Notes: a model not told the origin generated them from the sequence alone. Positions 37,049 through 49,027 are shown, counted from the whole stretch's first letter. The stretch is 59,206 nt of DNA, filler included, from Sphacelaria rigidula (GCA_964200075.2; 6 parts of 6 records of this genome joined end to end with filler, not necessarily neighbours in it), one strand, 5' to 3'. A program made the numbers and translations.

Positions 37049-39439
37049 CGAGCTACGCATGTTTGTCCCGGGTGAGCTACCAACTCGTAGCTCACCAGCT
37101 CATATTCGTCCTGGGTGAGCCATCGGACGTAGCTCACATGTACATGTTTGACTACAAGTGAGCTACGGCCCGCAGATGAGCTGGCTCATGAGCTGTCCTA
37201 CGTGTACAACCTTGGGCGTAACTTTAGTATTCAAGTTCTTGCCCAAGATACCCAAACCGCCTGTACAACACAGACCACCGGGGCCTGGTTTGGGGTCAGG
37301 TTTATCGCTCCTGACCCGTCGCGCCTTTGTATCTTGTTTCCCCTTGCGACTGTTGCGGTCTTCCCACATCTTTCCCCGTTTCCACCGCTGAGTCTCTCAT
37401 AGAGGAGACAGATGTGCGGCTCGTAGAGTCGCTCACTTTTACAATACCTACCCGACAATTCGTCTACTCGATTACCCAGTGATGATCGGTAGCTCTTTGT
37501 ACTGAAACTTATATCGCAGAGGATGCGAAGTATGAAGTATGGGTATGGCTAGTTAATGCCGGGAGTGGGGCAGGTATGTTCATGGACCTGCACCCTATTA
37601 TTTTTCCATGGCCACCGTTCGCTCATACTCATCGTAGCTTGTGACGTCAATCATCTCATCTCATTGATGGCCACCGTTCGCCCATATATTCGATATAGTC
37701 TGTGAAGTGACGTTACGAAGTCGCCAACGGTCACGGTTACTCAATCATACCCCCAAGTGATATTTTATTCCTGAGTATTACTGAGATGACTTACCCAATA
37801 TTGGGTAGAGTATTTGAGGTCGTACCCAATCTACCCGAAAATGGGGTAGAGTTTTGAGGCCATACCCAAGTAATACTTCATACTCAGGTATTACTGAGAG
37901 TATTTACCCAATATTGGGTAGAGTATTTGAGGTCGTACTCAATCTACTCAAAACTTGAGTAGAGTATTTGAGGTTTGGACATACCCAATCTACCCAAAAT
38001 TTGGGTGAAGTATTGAGGTCATGCCCAAGGGATACTGTATACCCCGGTGTTGCTAAGAGTGCTCACCCAGTATTGGGTAGAATATTTGAGGTCTACCCAA
38101 AATTTAGGTAAAGTATTGTGCCGTACCCAATCTACCCAAACGTTGGGTAGGGTAAATACCCAGGTATTTCACCCAAGTATTCAAAAGTACATATATACCC
38201 TACCCGACCTGCCCTTGAGAGACTCCAATCTGATGGGTCGTGTTTTTAACATAAATGACGTCAGTTGAAACACGACCACCTATGAGATCGGACTTCTCCT
38301 GTTCCACGGCTCATTTTCGATCGAAAAACGAATGTGCGAAGGCACCACCTCCATTCGTGGTACAATCCACATTACCCGTCAAACGCATGCTAACTACCGA
38401 AACACCTGCATTCTGCTGTGGATTGTCTCAACTTTATTTGATCGTCGGGGTTGGAGACGATTCCCAACCAAGGCCATCCCCTGCCGCAACCGTGAACAAA
38501 AAGTACGAAAAGAACAACCACAACTTAGACTGACTCTAATGGGAGCCGTTCAAATTTCATTCTTCAAGAAATTTGAACGGATGGTGAGATCATATTTTAT
38601 GACAACCAATTCGTATTTGTACAAATATTAGAATTTCAGCACGTCTACAGGCGATTCCTCCCGTGGATTGATTTTCGGACCTCAGTTCGTTGGGTAATGT
38701 TTTTCGGCTAGCTGTGAAGAAACCAAATCAATCCTCCGATCCACTGGACGTTGACGTTCGGTTCATCAACTTTCTTCTCAGATTGGGACACTCCCGCATC
38801 TCCCCCAAATCAGGGGTCCAAATCGTGATGGTTTTAGAGGTGACACAGTAGTTTGATGCCCGGCAAAGACGGTTTGATCTGTGCTGACGATCGTCCGAAC
38901 TGTCGTACCGATGCTGTGTTCCAGCTAGTACACACTGCCGAAAGCGCCATCATGGTGTGTTGATGCGCATTGTCGTTTGTAAAATCAACAATGCAATTCG
39001 TGCCCACATCCATCATTTGTATGCTGTAGTGATCGTTGTACTGACTGTGGGGCGTTTGAACCCCACGAACACGGTTTGTTTCACGCTCGAGATTGCCTCA
39101 GATGCTGTACTGCCGCTGGTCCGGTCTGTACATAATTTGGATGGGATCAAAATACTGTTGACGGTTGAAAAAGTCACGTGATGGCTGTGCAGCCGTTATG
39201 TCTTCCTCGGGTGCTGCTGTTGTACAGGTGCACACCTCCTATATGTAAAACGCCGACTTCATCCCATTAAAGTGTGTTTTTTGGTCCCCGTTCAGAACCG
39301 CGGTAAGCCAAAAACGGCGACGAAATTTTTGAAAAATAACATTTTGAACGACGCCCGCTAGAGGTGGCCTTACATCTACTTCCTCTGTCCCGTAAGTAAA
39401 GTCTGTTATGTTTATACGAGCCCTTAACGGTGTCCGATT

Positions 39440-39539
39440 NNNNNNNNNNNNNNNNNNNNNNNNNNNNNNNNNNNNNNNNNNNNTTAATTAATTAANNNNN
39501 NNNNNNNNNNNNNNNNNNNNNNNNNNNNNNNNNNNNNNN
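39440..39539. other. Artificial contig linker
   Basis: N44-TTAATTAATTAA-N44. Confidence 0.98.
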
Positions 39540-39790
39540 AAGCTGGACGGCGAAGAGGAGAATGGCCGCAGATCTAAGAAGCTTTGGCCTTTTCGATGAA
39601 CGTGAATATAGTACTATATTCACTTTCATCGAAAAGGTCAAAGCTTCTTAGATCTGCGGCCATTCTCCTCGTCGCCGTCCAGCTTTGTCCTGGTACCCCG
39701 ACTATATTCACGTTCATCGAAAAGGCCAAAGCTTCTTAGATCTGCGGCCATTCTCCTCTTCGCCGTCCAGCTTTGTCCTGGTACCCCGAC
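39540..39790. repeat. Spacerless palindrome (centre 39612/39613) plus 88-bp tandem duplication
   Basis: 39540-39612 is the reverse complement of the start of the unit beginning ACTATATTCAC, which occurs at 39613 and 39701. Confidence 0.9.
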
Positions 39791-40278
39791 GTGTTGTAGG
39801 TATCTCCTTCGGCAACCTCAGTCGGTAGTGGATCCTTGTACGATGAATGGTGGTTGAACTGGTTGGTTCCCGAGGCGGTCTCTAGCGCGTGAAGTAACAC
39901 CGGTAGGTTGTTGTACGGGTGTATTTCCGAGGCGCGTTGTGGCGCGAGGAGTAACGCCGGTGGATTGTGTGTTACTACGGCGTGCGTTCCTGCGCGAATT
40001 ACGTTTTGCGCCTGTACGGGAGTCACCAGTGTTGTTGTTGATGCGGGCGTTGCGTGTGTTGCGGGCGTTGCGGTTTCCACTCATGCTTGGCAGTGGTTTG
40101 TGAAGGGTAGGTTTGTAGATGGGGATGAAGTGATGTATTTGTCGGAAGGTGGATGGTGAGTTGTGATGTGGTGGGGGCGATGGGTCGCCCGGCTTTTGCT
40201 CCTTCACGAGAAGGACGTATGGAAGTTGATACGTCACTCTTGACGATGACGTACAGCAGTTGCTTCCGTAAGTACGCA

Positions 40279-40790
40279 TTACTTTCCAAAATTCATGACT
40301 GCGTCCAGAAGTCGGTGGTGGGTTGTCCTCTCGCAATGTTTGGTGAGTATATCGGCCATTTGCGCGGTGGTTCTGATGTAATTGATGGTAATCTGGCCGT
40401 TGGTGATAAGGTCCTTAAAGCTGAAAAAACGAATCGCGAGATGTTTACTTTCGTTTCGGTAGTTCGCATTTGAAATCGGAGAAAATGACTGAAGACCGAA
40501 TAGACGACCACACGAGCTCTCGCAGAAGATTAAAAAGGTAGGTACCGAACTTTCCTCCTCTCGTCAGGGCTATGAGTTCGGCCCCTGTAGTGGAAGTATC
40601 TGTTATCCGTTGTAGGCTTGAAGAAAAATGCACGAGTCTGTTAGATAGAAAAAACATCGTTCCAGTTGTAGATTACATTTTTCCTTCGATGCCACTGTTG
40701 CCAAAGGAGCTGTCGCAAAAGCCTCGCAGATCCAAATTGTTCCCGGAAGAGCGGTAGACGATGAGGAGGTCCGGAGTTCTTTTTAGATAG
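40279..40790 (-). pseudogene. Copia RNase H (frameshifted)
   Basis: LRGFCDSSF..., STTGAELIAL, SKHLAIRF and QMADILTK motifs; stop at 40279-40281. Confidence 0.88.
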
Positions 40791-41023
40791 CGGAAAGTGA
40801 GTTTCACAGCCGCTTAGTGTGTCGTAGGCTTACTCATGTAGCGGGCGACCTGGGTGACGCTGAAGGTGATGTCAAACTCACCACCATAGCCTGATACTGC
40901 TTTATACCTTGCTGATCTAGAAGATGTTCCTCCGAGTCCGGTAGGATACTATTGGTGATCCCAGGCGTGTGTACCGAGTTGCTGGATTCCATATTGAACT
41001 ATTGAAGTAAGGAGATGAAGTAT

Positions 41024-41722
41024 TTATGCGGTGACAGTTTCAACGCTCAACGCTCTGTATCTCTCGTGATTTCCATACCCAGGATGAGGGAAACGGGTCC
41101 CAGATCCGAAAGAGAAGATGTTTTTGAGCGTGTCTTGAACATCTTGTAGAAGCTTGATAGAAGGTCCGGTTAGAAGAATGTCATTGACGAATAACGTGAG
41201 CATGACATACTTGTCATTTAGTTCTCTCGTGTAGACGCAGGAGTCGCTCGCTGTCGCAGTAAATCCCATTTTCCTCGATTCAGAGTCGATGGTGAAGTTC
41301 CAGACGTTAGGAGATTGCCTGGGACCGTAAAGCGCTCTAGAAAGGCGCATTACATGAGGTTGTCCGGTAGCAGGGTCCGTAGTCTCGAAGCCCGGTGGCT
41401 GTTTGCAAAATACTGTTTCCTTCAGTTTTCCATTTAGAAAGGCTGTACGGACATCGAGCGCAATTACTGGCCACTTTTTTGCAGTGGCAATCGCGAGAAG
41501 AATTCGCTGACTTTCGAGTCGGCAGACTGGTGCAAAAGTACTGCCGCAATCGAAGTCATGTTGTGCCCAGCCTTGAACAACGAGTCTTGCCGTGGATAGT
41601 CCATCCGCCTTGACTTTGTATACACATCGCGTGCCAATCATGTTGTTGTTTGGTGGAACTGCTCCAGCTGGAACAATGTCAGCCACGCGATAGTCTTTGA
41701 TACAGCGGAGCTCATCGAGCAC
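41024..41722 (-). pseudogene. Copia reverse transcriptase (RVT_2)
   Basis: YKVK..ARLVVQG, TFAPVCRLES, LDVRTAFLNG, QPPGF and RALYG.RQSP motifs. Catalytic YVDD appears as FVND. Confidence 0.93.
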
Positions 41723-42288
41723 GGCTGCTCTCCACTTTGAGGCATATGGTGAGGAAGAGGCCTGTTTAAATTATTCGGGACGGAAATGGAAGCAGGGGGC
41801 ACGACACTTTCGATCCCGATCGTCCCAATATAGCGTGAAACTGATTCTAATGCCATGGATGAATTCCGCGGAGCTTCGATCGCCAAAGCTAGTTTTCGGC
41901 GTTGTCGGGATTGACGTTGATCGGTAGGAGATGAAGTAGTGCGGGCCGCAGTTCCGGCGGAGCGGAGTCGCATGGGATGAGTAGATGTGGTTGAGCTGTC
42001 GCCGCGGTCCACCTGTGAAATGCCATCAAAAACGTTGTTGTTGAAACCCATGTTGTCTTGTTGCAGGTGGTCATGATCATGATGAAATTGGTCTTCGTCT
42101 TGTTGATCCGGATGAAGTTGCTGCATGTGAATATTTTCCCCCCAAGCAGTTGGAGTTGAGCCCTGCCGCAGGATTGTTGCTCCGACCGCTTGTTCGATGA
42201 AGGTAACATTTCTGGAACTGTAGATTTTTCCGGAATACCTATAGTAAATCCGGTACGTAGGACTATCATTATCATATCCAATCAGTAC

Positions 42289-43438
42289 TCATTCCCAAGT
42301 TTTATCCTCCAGCTTGTTAATGTGACCCTCCTTGTGCACGAACGCTCGTGATCCTATGGTGCGTAGGAATGCTAGATTCGCCTCTTTACCAAACATCCTG
42401 TAGTACGGTGGTCCTCCGTTGATGCTCCGATGTGGTGGACGATTCATCAAAAATACTGAAGTGGCAGCTATTTCCCCCAAAACATATTTGGGTAATCCCG
42501 CCTCGTACAGAAGGCAACGAGTAGTATTCAAAATTGTTTTCCCGTCCCTCTCACTCATGCCATTTTGCTGAGGTGAATGTGAGGCAGTGAATTCCTGAAG
42601 AATGCCCGTCGTCTTGCAATACCAACGAAAGTAGTCTGCAATGTATTCACCCCCACGATCTGACCGTAGGCGGTGTACCCTAAGTCCTAAGGGAATCGCC
42701 ACGTCTTGGATGTACTTGATGAGCGTAGATAGCGCCTCACTTTTTGCCTTGATGTTGTATACAACTTTTAGTCGACTGTATTGGTCGGTAAATTTCGCCC
42801 ATGTACTTGTAACCACCTAATGCAGTTGGTGAAATAGGACCCGAGAGGTCGGTAGTTACCAGTTGCAGACGTTCTGTCACTGACGTAGAGTCGGAGGTTT
42901 TGGGATGATTCTTCTGGGTGCTTTTATTTATCATGCAGGTGTCACAAAAGGAAAGTGACCCCGTAAATTTCACACCTGTTTCGGGAATAATCATAACCCG
43001 ATGCATCGCTAGCTCCGCGGGATGACCCAGTCTCCGATACCAAACTCCTGCAGTCACAGTAGTAGAAAGAGCTGAAGCGTCTCCCGCAATCGTCATAGAA
43101 AAAGCTGTCCCCATGCCCATATGTTCTCCGGACACCACCTCAGCCGCTAGTGCTGACCCGGCTCTTGAGTCGACGGGTTTGTAATCCCGGATGATCTTCA
43201 TGTCAATGTAGTGGAGCAAGCTGTTGTCATCAGGGCGAAGTGGCACTCTAAATTGTCCAAGATCAACATAAGAATTGACACCAAGAGTTGTTCCGACCCC
43301 TTTTGTTCGTAATGCATAAACAGGAGAAAAGAGATGTTTTTCCAACCCCGGAACGATGATGGCTGGGAGTCGGACGGAATGCTCATTTCCCTGCTGATAT
43401 TTCACGATGGACAGGAGCACTCCTTTCCCTGTTCGCAA
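42289..43438 (-). pseudogene. Copia end of protease, GAG-pre-integrase and integrase core (frameshift near 42800)
   Basis: W(Y)RRLGHP...CDTC zinc motif, DLSGP, RLRSDRGGEY and PQQNGMSER. Confidence 0.93.
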
Positions 43439-43506
43439 ATTAGATGACCTCCTGCATTGAGGATCCGCATTGGGGGATCCAGCTTAACGTAGCTAATCAT
43501 ATCGTG

Positions 43507-45045
43507 TTAGAGTTCTGGTAGGAGCTTGTTGTCCAGGTAGTGAAATGTTGCTCTTGAATCACACGCCATCTTAAATGATATAGACACAGGCTCCCTAATT
43601 ATATCCTTGCGATCAGGACCAGCAAGAAACGAAAAACCCAAACCACCTGTTGACGGGCACGCGTCAGTCACCGTCGAAGCTGATGTATCGCTGATTTCTT
43701 GAGCCTGGTGATTGTAGGGTACAGTAGACGACGTGTCGGTTGTCGTAGGGTTCACGGTGACAGTATTTGCCTGGTTCTGTTGATTGGTGATGTTGGTCGC
43801 ATTGGAGCCAGAGTTGTTGTTGTTGCTGCTGCTGCGGCTGTTGTTGTGGCGGGTGTTCTGTCGACAACGATCGTTGTTTCCACCATGCTGGCTGTGACTC
43901 CTGGCCGTATTTCCATTGTTCATTTGGTTCTTGCACTCAGAGTTGTCATGTTTATCGGTACGATGGAGGCTGCACCACTTAACCGATCTGTTCCTACTGT
44001 TTGGCTGTATTTTGGATCGGCAGTCTCTGATATGGTGGCCTAATTTTCCACACGAGTGATATTTTCCCTTGAACTTTGATGATGTCAACGATGAGTCAGG
44101 CGGCAAAGCCGCGACCATGGCTGATTCACGACCACGTAACCCCTTGCTTCCCAAAATTCTGCGTGTAAGTCGATTTACATACATGTTCCGCAGCGTGACT
44201 TCAATATCAGAGATGCTGAGGTCGGGGTCACGCTCAGCATCATATTTGACGCGATCGTAATCATCAGTCAGACCCTCAACTACGATGTCCGTCAGTCTTT
44301 CATCGGAGATAGGTTCACCCATGTAGACAAGCTGATCGCGAAGTTCGAAAATCTTGGTCAGAAACTCGTCTGGGTCTTGTCCAGGAGACATTTTGGTGTT
44401 ATCTAGCTGGCGGATCAGAATGCGCCGCCTCTGCTTGGAAGAATTCTCGTACTGTGCGACCAGAGCTTCCCATGCGATTTTGCCGTTAGGTTTTTTCAGA
44501 CCCTTCGGCTCGTATCGGAGGAGGTAAGTTCTAGCTGGGCCTGTAGTTGTCAAATATAAAATATTGAACAACTGTTCGTTACAGCGGCCCCAGTTTTCAA
44601 TATCTTCAACATTTACCACATTTCTTACATGAGTAAGGTGACGGGAGGCATCCTCTTCGTCATCAGCAGGATCCTCCTCACCACCGGTAGGATCCGCTTC
44701 ACCACCGACAGGATCCACCTCTTCAACAGCAGGATCCTGAACTTGAACACTTGTCTCCGCTTCCCCTTCAGATCAACGTAGTGGAGGTCCTTGGGAGCGG
44801 GTGCGAGGTCGACTTGATCTTGACGTGGGTCGTGAAATTGTAGTTGATTAAACATCTTGAACTTGATACATGTCATCATAAATTTCCACGGGGCGTTTTC
44901 TCCGGTTCATTATATCTGAAATCCCTGGATGCGTGAGGGAGATCAGGGCGCGTGTACTACGCTTCCACTGGAGAAAGTTCGTTCCGTCGAACTTGCTGAT
45001 GCTTTTGATCAGCTGGGCGATCGATAACTCTCCTTGATTATTCAT
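43507..45045 (-). pseudogene. Copia gag and start of protease (in-frame stops)
   Basis: KFDGTNFLQWK N-terminal motif, UBN2-like core (AWEAL...QLDNTKM), knuckle YHSCGKLGHHIRDC, and protease DSRAT (normally DSGA). Confidence 0.9.
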
Positions 45046-45187
45046 CTTCTTGCAACGTGTGACAGTTGATCACAACAAAAACTGTGCCACGAAAAACTCT
45101 GAAGACTGCACTCTGCTCACTTGTGCTGCGGTGACGACCTTGATGTGACGTCCCCTCGCTGGTGCCGACTGGTGTAGTCGCGAATCG

Positions 45188-45200
45188 ATGGCTCAAAACC
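45188..45200 (-). promoter_or_regulatory. Primer-binding site, half-tRNAiMet type
   Basis: Minus strand reads ...TCCAACA|GGTTTTGAGCCAT, a 10/12 match to GGTTATGAGCCC (Ty5/copia-type anticodon-stem PBS), directly abutting the LTR. Confidence 0.7.
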
Positions 45201-45559
45201 TGTTGGAATCGCTCGTGTTGAGCGGCACTGTCGTCAAGACAGGCCAACCACGTATTCAGCGAATAGTGGTCTATGCAGAGGATGCACCAGTGATCGTCAG
45301 ATCACTTGCTTCTGCAGCACAGATAAAATCAGTTAAAAGAGATGGTTGTTGGGCTCTTCATCCGGCCAAGACAAAACAGAATGCACAGTTCCTTCAGAAA
45401 GCAGGAACTGGAGGTGATGGAGGAGAGCGAGAGCGTGGGCGATCGAGGTGACCGAGTCCAAGCTCCTCAATTCCTGGAACAAAAACAAATCGCTACACGT
45501 ACGTAGCAAAAAAGGCTCCCATGTCACTTGCGTGGCGTAGCGCCAGCTCACACACAACA
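45201..45559 (-). repeat. 5' LTR (359 bp)
   Basis: Bounded by TGTTG...CAACA, adjacent to the PBS and about 155 bp upstream of the gag ATG. The outer boundary is inferred without a second LTR. Confidence 0.68.
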
Positions 45560-48556
45560 GGATATACTGCAAGCTGTGCTGCCCACCTACTTCTACAGCA
45601 TACTACTGTATAACAATCCCTGGCAGCACACTGTCATTCTTAAAACCTCACGTGGCAACAAGATACTATCTGCTGTAACGGCGAGAAACTGTAAATACGC
45701 CGTTTGGTGTGAGCGGGGTGAACCGTAACCAATTACGCCGCTATTTGCCACAGAGTTTGAACTCATAGCTAGAACAGCAGCTGGGGTACAGGCTGCGTAG
45801 AATTCCAACACTGTCATCAACCCAGGTTTTCCTAGAAAGACCCATGTATCAGCGCAGCGCTTTGAGGGTGCCTCCAGTTCGGAACACACCGTACAGGCAG
45901 CACAGTATTCTAGCGTATATTATCGGTTGAGTAGCTTTACAGTTTGCAGTTGGACCCCACTACAAGAGTGCAGAAATGCAAACTCTTTTTATTTTTTTGC
46001 TATCATAAGATTCAAAGCTGCAGTTTCAACCACAGGTCCTATCTCCATACTGTAAAGGATCACTTCTGCGTGCACGACGTGTTTCGAAGAAGTGAAAAAC
46101 ACTCACATGCACTGTCGTACCTCGGCGCATATCATTTTTCTACCCGTGATTATCACAGCGTAGTCCACCTTCCCACAACACAAACGGGTTGTTGCAAGCT
46201 TCCATTGCCAAGGTGGTGGCACACGGAATTGTATGGCGGGGGTTGTCAAGCTATACCTAATATCACAGCTCCCGACAGCTTCAAATTTGTGAATGCCTGT
46301 CCAATCCAATTTTTCATGACGTCGTAAATATCATACGCGCAAGTATCAACATTTCTTCTCAACCCTGTTTCAGTCACGCCCGTTGAGATTTCCAGACCTG
46401 TCTCCGAATACCTTTCCTACACGGAGCTACTTACCGCTGCTTCATGCAAGTCAATTTTGTGGCTCTTCGTTAGAGTAGAGGTGACCACTTGGTGGAGTGA
46501 AGTTCTCCCGACTTGGCTTTAGTATAAACGCTGACATCTGGAACTTTATCCCTTACACAGGGAGAGTCGCCTCAGAACAATTTCACAGGCTGGCAGTCCA
46601 GGGACTTCCGAGGTGACCAGGGGGCGGGGTGGTCGTTTGGACAGGGGGTGTGGGCCTGATTACGGGACAGCCGGACGGCTCACCATGTCAACCACGTCTG
46701 TATGAACGTTTCTCAAGGAAAATTACCCATCAAGAACGAAGTCCACGAGGAGCGGAGCAGCCATTCTGATCGGCTATCAATATGATCACTTTCTTCCCCC
46801 ACAGGTGGACAGATAGCCTACTTAGCTGCGTATTTCTTTTGTCATGGCTGTACTGACAATTCAACCATATCTCAGTGTTGTTCCTTTTCGATGATATGGA
46901 GGTGGTGTATTGGAAGCTTAGGCGTGAAGAGCATCCGCACCTCGCGTCAGATGACGCCGAAACTTGGAGAATGTGTAGATTGGTATTAGAGGAAGGTGTC
47001 ACTGTCACAGCTACAGCAGGGAAAGTCGCTGATGGCCCGGTCTGCATTCATACGGTGGATAGTCATAGGGTGCACGATCACGTTTTTCAACACCCTGCTG
47101 TCTGATGACGATTATAGTGGGTACAGTGACAGTTGAGCACGCTGACTGTGCAATGGATCCCGCCAGCCTCGCATCAATGTTTGCCCAATTAGGGATGAAC
47201 GCTCAAAGAAACCCAGCAAGCAAGCATCGTTTGTGGTCCGCTATATAAATGAGGGTTGGGAGGTGAACGTTTCCGCTCCAAAACGGTCGACAGTCGAAGG
47301 TTAAGATCCTGTCGTGCGACCAGTGGGTTGCGCGACCGGCCCTTGCCGGCGTACCTGGTACGGGAGGCGACATCCCGGTACAGACAGTCCCACCACTACT
47401 GGCACGGCCGTGCAAACAGGCTGGCAGTCGGAGTGGGCGTTGCACTGGTATTCTTCTAGCCTTATCAACTTGAATTATCTCCGCAGAGGCTTTGCACGTG
47501 AATATTTCGGTGATTTCCTGACTTCCACTTCGGCCATATTTTGACGACAACGCCACGGTCCCACTGCCTAACTTTACACGTGAAAATGTACCAAGATGGA
47601 CAAGATACTTCTGTTCAGCTTTAAAAAAGTGTTCTGTGCACAGTACTAAAATCTGTTGTCGAGTACAGCTGCAAGACGGTCGGGTTACGAAAATCTGGAC
47701 CTGCGACGGGTGGTATTACCTGTACACATGAACGGCAGCAGAAGCGGCTGGGTACATGTTGTGGTGCACTGCGGAAGATAGGTGGAAATCACTGCAGGGC
47801 AGAGATATACGAAGGATGTTACGTTCTGCGGTGTGCCATATCACCATGCACGTTGCTCCTGTGCATCGAGCACGTTGTGCAGCTACAGGCGTCATTGATG
47901 CGGGTGGTGCGCAGTCTCTAACGCAGGCGGCCCGCAGTATATGATGTGCTGTACTGTATTACTTGTGTTCAGACCAGTGCAGACGGGGTGGGGCCCGCAT
48001 GTACATAACCCTTCACGAACTTCATCGTGCACTACCGACCCGGCATGTTTTTCCAGTAGAAATCGCTTGCAATATATGCTGTTACATAACTCGCAAGCGA
48101 TGCAGCTTTCTTCACATCCCCAGACCGCCCGTGAGGCGAGTGGTGGAAGTGCCCGCCCCTCTTTCCGTGATGATCTCTAGCCTTGGTCTCAGACTATTGA
48201 AACCTTCGGAATATGACAGTATCTACTGGAAGTTACATGTCTCGTGCTCTAATCCCTCCATATTATCGAAAAGGAACAACACTGATATGGTATCGAGCAC
48301 ACACATACATGCTGACTCTGCACGCGATTGACTGCGGGGTCACAACCGGCCAGGGGTTCTCCGTGACTATTTTTTGTGATAGATGCCAAACATCCACATC
48401 TTCATGAAACGGAGGGTTTGTAGCGCGAGAAGATAGCTGTGTTGAACCCAAATCTGGACTAGTTCATCTCAGTCCACCTGCGGGGGGTCGATGCCCAAGG
48501 GATATTAGGGGCTGCCCTTCTAGCTTGTGCAGAACGCGTCCCAGTACTCAGCCTGC

Positions 48557-49027
48557 TCAGAAGGCGTCCATTGTTCCCACAAACGAGGTGGGGTGGCTTC
48601 GGGCCGACAGTGTTGGAATTGATTCCTCGTTTTGTCCCTCACTTTCTTGGGGGGGCGCGTAGTGGGGGCTTGTTTTTGGGACATTATCGGCTGTCGTAGG
48701 TGGAGCAATGTCCGGTTCAGGGTCAAGACCTAGAGGAGGGAGCGTTGAGTAAGGTACCGACAAGTGGTCAACGTCTGAAGCGGTTGACAGATTGGGTGTG
48801 GCACTGTTGTCAGTGGTCACATTGGCGGAAGCCAGAGGGGGGGCAATTCCCGTGTCTTCGTCAGTTACCTCGATGGAAGCATGACCGTCTACGAAATCAT
48901 CTACTCCTAGTTCCTGATCGTTGATGTCGATGCTACCAGACCTGGTGTTTTGGTTCTCTGTTGGGGTGTCACCGTCCGTGAATGAATCTTGGACAGGTGT
49001 ACCCGGCGTGCTTTCGATATCGGACAT
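48557..49027 (-). CDS. Hypothetical acidic, low-complexity ORF (156 aa), probably a frameshifted TE-associated remnant
   Basis: MSDIESTPGTPVQDSFTDGD... is D/E/T/P-rich. An overlapping frame continues as RLWEQWTPSEQAEYWDAF. No recognisable domain. Confidence 0.3.
   Translation of the reverse strand: MSDIESTPGTPVQDSFTDGDTPTENQNTRSGSIDINDQELGVDDFVDGHASIEVTDEDTGIAPPLASANVTTDNSATPNLSTASDVDHLSVPYSTLPPLGLDPEPDIAPPTTADNVPKTSPHYAPPQESEGQNEESIPTLSARSHPTSFVGTMDAF

Larger units (their letters stand above)
35227..37214. mobile_element. GAGCT-minisatellite element
   Basis: Tandem units such as CATGTTTGCCCTGGGTGAGCTACCAACCCGTAGCTCATC at 35290-35565, 35925-36185 and 37049-37200. Imperfect ends TAACGTTGCACACGT / ACGTGTACAACCTTG; no TSD seen. 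Confidence 0.5.
33043..38217. mobile_element. CAAGGG-terminus element (P/hAT-type) expanded by nested insertions
   Basis: TIR CAAGGGCAGGTC(A/G)GGTAGGGTATA at both ends; flanks AAAAACTC / AGAGACTC. The TACCCAA..TTGGGTAGAGTATTTGAGG subrepeats occur at 33060-33455, 35145-35225 and 37740-38170. Confidence 0.65.
39540..45559 (-). mobile_element. Degenerate Ty1/Copia LTR retrotransposon (3' LTR not in the contig)
   Basis: Order on the minus strand is LTR-PBS-gag-PR-INT-RT-RNaseH, with multiple stops and frameshifts. The left boundary is set by the contig end, not by a recognised element end. Confidence 0.93.
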
